Positions 59,757-64,000 of a stretch of DNA of 64,000 bases are shown here, piece after piece (the first letter of the stretch is position 1; each line of letters starts with the position of its first letter). The translations under genes and the position numbers were made by a program. Source of the DNA: Prochlorococcus sp. AG-355-O17 (GTDB taxonomy: Bacteria > Cyanobacteriota > Cyanobacteriia > PCC-6307 > Cyanobiaceae). The notes under the pieces were generated by a model. That model worked only from the letters and a program-made list of their open reading frames with translations, was not told the DNA's origin and made no database searches. Location: positions 64,388 through 128,387 of the forward strand of contig QCEK01000001.1 in assembly GCA_003280655.1 (NCBI GenBank), in the 5' to 3' direction.

Positions 59757-60123
59757 TTTTTATATCTTTTCCAATAAAGATTTATTAGATAAATTTTTTG
59801 ATTTTTGTAGAGAATATCGACAAAAAATTCCACATCAAAAGATGGCTGAGATTTTAAGAGAATATGCAGATAGATTAGATGAATGATAGATACTAGCAGA
59901 CATAAGAAGGTATTAAAAGAATAAAATTTCTAGCAAAATTTATACAAAATTTTTTAAATTTGGAATAAATTTTTTGAAGATATTTTCCTTGCAATTATTC
60001 ATAATTTGAGATTTTTTTTTGATCCTTAATCCGTACAATTTTGTTCCTCTTACCGCACACATAAAACTTGAAATTTACTATTCAAATGAATTAGAACATA
60101 GTTGTAGTAAAGGGGTAAGTCTT

Positions 60124-60276
60124 ATGGCACTAAATGACACATTTACTATCCAAGAAATTAATTTGGATAAAAAAGACCTTTCATTTGATAATAAGCTCAA
60201 AAAAATTGAAGCTTATTGGAATAATGAATGTAAAGAACATCCGAGTAACAACCATTGCAAGATTTTTTGTGATTAA
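60124..60276 (+). CDS. Microprotein with CP12-like C-terminal C-x8-C motif (50 aa)
   Basis: MALNDTFTIQEINLDKKDLSFDNKLKKIEAYWNNECKEHPSNNHCKIFCD; AAGGGG upstream of the ATG at 60124. Confidence 0.7.
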   Translation: MALNDTFTIQEINLDKKDLSFDNKLKKIEAYWNNECKEHPSNNHCKIFCD

Positions 60277-60362
60277 AAACTTTAACTTTTAGGTATTCTT
60301 ACGCTTGATTTTTACATAATACCCGTACTAAAGAATAATCAGAAAGAAAGGAGGCCAAGCAA

Positions 60363-60464
60363 ATGACTAATTTAGGTATAGAAATTTTATTTTGGACAAT
60401 TTTAATTTCTTATCTGGGATTAAGGTTTTCTCAAACTTGGAATGGATTCAAAAAACAGTATTAA
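60363..60464 (+). CDS. MTNLxIE single-TM microprotein (33 aa)
   Basis: MTNLGIEILFWTILISYLGLRFSQTWNGFKKQY; AGGAGG Shine-Dalgarno. Confidence 0.65.
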   Translation: MTNLGIEILFWTILISYLGLRFSQTWNGFKKQY

Positions 60465-60479
60465 TTAGGAGAATAGAAA

Positions 60480-60626
60480 ATGAAACTACAAACTCAGTTC
60501 ACGGTTCCAAACAAAAAATTAAAAGATCTTGATTATGTTAAAAAAGTAGATTTTTTAGAAGAAATTTTAAATAAAGAATGTATAGATTATCCAAATCAAG
60601 AAGATTGCCTGGTTTGTTGCAATTAA
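60480..60626 (+). CDS. Second CP12-like C-x8-C microprotein (48 aa)
   Basis: MKLQTQFTVPNKKLKDLDYVKKVDFLEEILNKECIDYPNQEDCLVCCN; AGGAG Shine-Dalgarno. Confidence 0.7.
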   Translation: MKLQTQFTVPNKKLKDLDYVKKVDFLEEILNKECIDYPNQEDCLVCCN

Positions 60627-60705
60627 AAAAAATTAAATAGCTGTTTTTTAAAAGTAAATAAATTTTTATTAGTATTTATAAATTTTCTAAAAGGGAGTTA
60701 GCACT

Positions 60706-61224
60706 ATGGAATTAAGATTCTTCCCAATAAATATTTTTAGAGAGACTCCAAAAGTCACATTCTTCGATGCAGGCATAGATAGTTCTAACGGTTCTGATGT
60801 TGTGATCCATTCTGGAGAAGCTATATCTCCTCCAGATGATTTAAAAGATGAGCAATATTACGTTCACAATCATCAAATTGACCACAATTTAGTTATCACT
60901 GGAGAAAGGACATTTGTTTTAATAAATCCTTCCTGGGATGAACCTCATCATGTGATTTATTTAAATAGATCTATGGGAGCATTAGAAATTCCTATAGGAA
61001 CTTATCACAGATCTATCTCAGGGAAAGAAGGTAGTATTGTTTTAAACCAACCCAAGAGAGATAAATTTTTTGATCCTTCTAAAGAATTTACCCCTCAAAA
61101 GTTAGACAAAATTAATTTAATTAAGGCAAGAAAAAGTCCGCCTGTTTATTGGATTTACGAAAATAACAAAATCAAAAGGGTCTATTTTAATCCTCTAGAA
61201 AGAAAAGTTAAAACTCTTGTTTGA
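60706..61224 (+). CDS. RmlC-like cupin-fold protein
   Basis: FRETPKVTFFD...QYYVHNHQIDHNLV..GER...LEIP.GTYHRS.S; GGGAG Shine-Dalgarno. Confidence 0.65.
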   Translation: MELRFFPINIFRETPKVTFFDAGIDSSNGSDVVIHSGEAISPPDDLKDEQYYVHNHQIDHNLVITGERTFVLINPSWDEPHHVIYLNRSMGALEIPIGTYHRSISGKEGSIVLNQPKRDKFFDPSKEFTPQKLDKINLIKARKSPPVYWIYENNKIKRVYFNPLERKVKTLV

Positions 61225-62080
61225 AATGAAAAAACATATATCCCCTATTAATAATTTAAAAAACCTGAATTTAATTATTAATTCTGATACTTATAAATTG
61301 GCTCACGAAGATATTGGTTTACTTAGCCGAAATGAAATGCGTGGAGTCAGAATGCTTCTTGAAATTACTAAACCAGATTTAATCCTTGAAGAAAATAAAA
61401 TTCTTTCAACAATAATTATTTTTGGAGGCGCAAGCATTACAGAAGAAGTAAATATAAAAAAGAGACTTGAAAATATAGAAGAGTTGCTTAAAAAAAATCC
61501 TAAATCGATACTTTTAAAACGAAATTTAAATAGATTAGAAAATTTGCTTCTTATGAGTCATTACTATCAATCCGCAAGGGAGTTTTCTAAACTTGCTTCA
61601 ATTAGTAATCAAAATAAAAACTGTAATTCTCATGTGATTGTGACAGGTGGGGGGCCAGGAATTATGGAAGCTGCTAATAGAGGTGCATTTGAAGCAAATT
61701 GTAAATCTATAGGGTTAAATATCAGTCTGCCTAATGAACAAATCCCAAATGCTTTTATAACTCCCGGTCTTTGCTTTAAGTTTAATTATTTTGCATTAAG
61801 AAAGATCCATTTTGTCATGCGATCAGTAGCTGCTGTATTTTTCCCTGGAGGTTTTGGAACACTAGATGAATTATTTGAACTATTGACACTTTGTCAAACA
61901 GGAATTAAAACTAAAATCCCAATCATACTTTTTGGTCAAGATTATTGGAATAAGATAATTAACTTCGAATATCTAGCTGATCTTGGATTAATTGAAGATG
62001 AACACTTAAATCTTTTTCAATATGCAGACACTGCATCAGAAGCATGGAAAATTATCAAATCATCAAAAAAGTCAGCCTAG
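61217..62080 (+). CDS. LOG family (TIGR00730-type) nucleotide phosphoribohydrolase-like protein
   Basis: TGGGPGIMEAANRGA, EQIPN, FALRK, FPGGFGTLDELFE. Confidence 0.92.
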   Translation: MFEMKKHISPINNLKNLNLIINSDTYKLAHEDIGLLSRNEMRGVRMLLEITKPDLILEENKILSTIIIFGGASITEEVNIKKRLENIEELLKKNPKSILLKRNLNRLENLLLMSHYYQSAREFSKLASISNQNKNCNSHVIVTGGGPGIMEAANRGAFEANCKSIGLNISLPNEQIPNAFITPGLCFKFNYFALRKIHFVMRSVAAVFFPGGFGTLDELFELLTLCQTGIKTKIPIILFGQDYWNKIINFEYLADLGLIEDEHLNLFQYADTASEAWKIIKSSKKSA

Positions 62081-62105
62081 AAAACTACAAGCTGACTTGA
62101 TAACA
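62065..62105 (-). repeat. Hairpin element homologous to 49398-49445, overlapping the LOG stop codon
   Basis: AAGTCAGC-(14 nt)-GCTGACTT with an A run on the left and GATAACA on the right. Confidence 0.65.
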
Positions 62106-62458
62106 AATGTAGAAGAATGATTAATAAGTATTTGATATTTTATTTTTCATGCTTTCAATCTTATTGATTAATTCATCTAACCATTCTGTATTATTTTGCT
62201 CTTGTCATTTATGGCTTTGGCTTTTTTGAGTACTCATAAATTTCTTACTTTTATAGTTCATTTAATATATCTTCAGAAATTAAAGGAATCAATAAGCAAA
62301 ATTACCAAATCGATTGACAAAACAAGCTTTAGTAGCATTTCATACAAACCTAACCATCACAAATTAACTAAGAAAATCTAAATCTCTTCACTTAAGTATT
62401 TTCTACGATGTTTTTATTTGAAATTCTGATTTGAATTAGTAAAGGTATAGATGTTTCT

Positions 62459-62566
62459 ATGGAAAAATCATTTCTGAATTTTATTTATTGGATCCTATTA
62501 AAGTCAGCTGAAAGTTATTACGGAGATTCATTAAAAACAGAAATACCTTATACGCCTTATTTTTAG
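62459..62566 (+). CDS. MEK..YW..SAES.YG family microprotein (35 aa)
   Basis: MEKSFLNFIYWILLKSAESYYGDSLKTEIPYTPYF; paralog of 58022. Confidence 0.7.
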   Translation: MEKSFLNFIYWILLKSAESYYGDSLKTEIPYTPYF

Positions 62567-62633
62567 TTTTGGTGGACCTTAACTTTTAATATTAGATCTC
62601 TATTTTGAGAGTTATTAGTTTGGAATTAATTTA

Positions 62634-62792
62634 TTAAAAAACACAATATGGGTTACTTATAGATTCACTACAAAATAATTTCTTACGTTGAATTTCTTTT
62701 ACTGATTGTGAATAAATTTTAGAGGTAAGGATCGTTCCAAAATTAACTAAAATTATAATTAGAAGAAGTAGCTCAATTGCAAGGTTAGTCAT
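62634..62792 (-). CDS. MTNLxIE TM microprotein with C-terminal C-x8-C (52 aa)
   Basis: MTNLAIELLLLIIILVNFGTILTSKIYSQSVKEIQRKKLFCSESISNPYCVF; AAGGAGG Shine-Dalgarno. Confidence 0.6.
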   Translation of the reverse strand: MTNLAIELLLLIIILVNFGTILTSKIYSQSVKEIQRKKLFCSESISNPYCVF

Positions 62793-62869
62793 AAGATTAC
62801 CCTCCTTAAATTTATATAAAAACCATATAACGGCAGAATAGATATTGAATAGAGTTTAAATTCCTATTT

Positions 62870-63034
62870 TTAGCCATCGAGATTCTTTGGTACTGGACTA
62901 GGCTCACAATTTTCGACGCATTCTTCTAAAGACTTTTCAGAATTACTCTTAATTTCGCAACTACGAAGACAATCATAGAAGGCATACTTGGGATCTAATT
63001 CATTTTTGAATTGTTTATTTCTAAATGTATTCAT
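62870..63034 (-). CDS. Twin CX3C microprotein (54 aa)
   Basis: MNTFRNKQFKNELDPKYAFYDCLRSCEIKSNSEKSLEECVENCEPSPVPKNLDG; AAGGGAG Shine-Dalgarno. Confidence 0.65.
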   Translation of the reverse strand: MNTFRNKQFKNELDPKYAFYDCLRSCEIKSNSEKSLEECVENCEPSPVPKNLDG

Positions 63035-63036
63035 GA

Positions 63037-63144
63037 TCAAACTCCCTTTGATTTTTTTTCAAGTTGATTAATTAATTTATCCAACCAAAGAGTGTTATTG
63101 ATCTTTTTTATGTTTTTAAAGTATTTCGTTTTGTAAGTACTCAT
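63037..63144 (-). CDS. Microprotein (35 aa) directly upstream of the twin-CX3C ORF
   Basis: MSTYKTKYFKNIKKINNTLWLDKLINQLEKKSKGV; GGAGG upstream. Confidence 0.5.
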   Translation of the reverse strand: MSTYKTKYFKNIKKINNTLWLDKLINQLEKKSKGV

Positions 63145-63332
63145 GAAGTAAAACCTCCAATCAGTGGATCTAATTTAAAGCTGATGATTCAAATTTCCTA
63201 GAGCAAAAATACTGATTATGAATATAGTGAAATATTTTAAAAAAGATTAATTTATACTTTGTATTTAGGTATTAAAACTCTTGATTCTTGTACATAACCA
63301 ATACTAAATAACTTCTAAAAAGGGAGTTAAAA

Positions 63333-63503
63333 ATGACTTACGGAAATCTAATTAAAAATAAAATTCAACATGCATTTGGTGGTTTGTTTGATACGTTATC
63401 AATTGAGAGAAAACTAACTGATGCTCAAATGGAATGTATGCAATTTGGAATTTGTGATTATGCTCCAAGACAAGTTGAGGAAGTTCCCTTTTTTCATTAT
63501 TAA
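63333..63503 (+). CDS. Small protein with C-x5-C motif (56 aa)
   Basis: MTYGNLIKNKIQHAFGGLFDTLSIERKLTDAQMECMQFGICDYAPRQVEEVPFFHY; AGGGAG Shine-Dalgarno. Confidence 0.6.
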   Translation: MTYGNLIKNKIQHAFGGLFDTLSIERKLTDAQMECMQFGICDYAPRQVEEVPFFHY

Positions 63504-63530
63504 TTTGAATTTATTTTAAACGAAGGGCAA

Positions 63531-63845
63531 TTAGCTCCTCCTCACCCAATCAGGAGATCCACTAAACCAGTCAGCAAGATCATCGTTTTTGGGATCGAAA
63601 TGGTTTTCAGTTTCTAAACCATCAAGGCCAAGATTTTGGATAAGTCCATTTATTCCGTCAGATTTTTGTTTGCCATATCTCCTTAAGCTGTTAGCTTTCT
63701 TAAGCCATGTCCATATGGTTGAATTGTGTTTTGCAAACTTTTCTACATAAATTCTTTCTTCCAATGCGACAGGTTCATCTAGTGAAATCCTTTTTACAAT
63801 ATCCCTAATTTTTAAACGAGTCTTGTTGGTTAAAAACATATTCAT
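63531..63845 (-). CDS. Conserved picocyanobacterial hypothetical protein
   Basis: MFLTNKTRLKI...LEERIYVEKFAK...DDLADWFSGSPDWVRRS. Confidence 0.7.
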   Translation of the reverse strand: MNMFLTNKTRLKIRDIVKRISLDEPVALEERIYVEKFAKHNSTIWTWLKKANSLRRYGKQKSDGINGLIQNLGLDGLETENHFDPKNDDLADWFSGSPDWVRRS

Positions 63846-64000
63846 AAAAGAAGTTAATGTTTTATAAAAGTTTTTTTTATGAATGTCTTGTCAATCTTTA
63901 TTTCAAGAAAAAGGTTTTTTTAGGAGCTTTTCAAGGACAAATATATTTATTTAAAAACAGGTATATTCAATTGGTAAAATTGACTACTTAATTCGATTTA

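Noticed and set aside
59770-59886. Protein-like frame SNKDLLDKFFDFCREYRQKIPHQKMAEILREYADRLDE
   Set aside because: No in-frame ATG/GTG/TTG at its beginning; it may be a start-lost pseudogene but cannot be supported without homologs
62196-62381. Track ORF of 61 aa
   Set aside because: TTG start, no Shine-Dalgarno or motif; too weak to list as a feature
1-64000. CRISPR arrays, IS elements, phage structural genes, restriction-modification or other defence operons
   Set aside because: No regularly spaced direct repeats, transposase/integrase motifs or recognisable defence domains were seen by eye

Overview
AT-rich window from a high-light-type Prochlorococcus chromosome. The assignment is inferred from kaiBC without kaiA, multicopy-type hli genes, very low GC and the gene order. 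About 1-27 kb is conserved core: pyrF (partial), tyrS, pepA, msrA, lpxB-lpxA-fabZ-lpxC-bamA, purC, purD, nblS, kaiC-kaiB, rplU-rpmA, truB, rnz, petF, prmA, serA and tRNA-Val(GAC). About 27-39 kb mixes core and flexible genes: a domain-inverted photolyase, a stand-alone LigA adenylation domain, murD, pirin and a GAF protein. From about 39 kb to the end is a hypervariable island with two fatty-acid desaturases, three hli genes, an LptF/G permease and a LOG-family gene. It also holds more than 30 microprotein ORFs of 31-57 aa that the supplied ORF track misses; I translated these by hand. Several fall into paralogous families within the window (MEK..YW..SAES.YG, twin-CX3C, CP12-like C-x8-C, MTNLxIE, TM-DDDQDGG). 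The island also carries several structured-RNA candidates. The clearest is a glutamine-II (Downstream-peptide) riboswitch with an overlapping NtcA box, upstream of a 33-aa LTYRG peptide. The most unusual signal is a small terminated RNA candidate at about 57826-57894 (minus strand). It carries an exact 17-nt copy of the structured start-codon region of the divergent microprotein gene at 58022. I saw no CRISPR array, transposase or integrase. No database searches or folding programs were run, so family names and sRNA identities come from recalled motifs.
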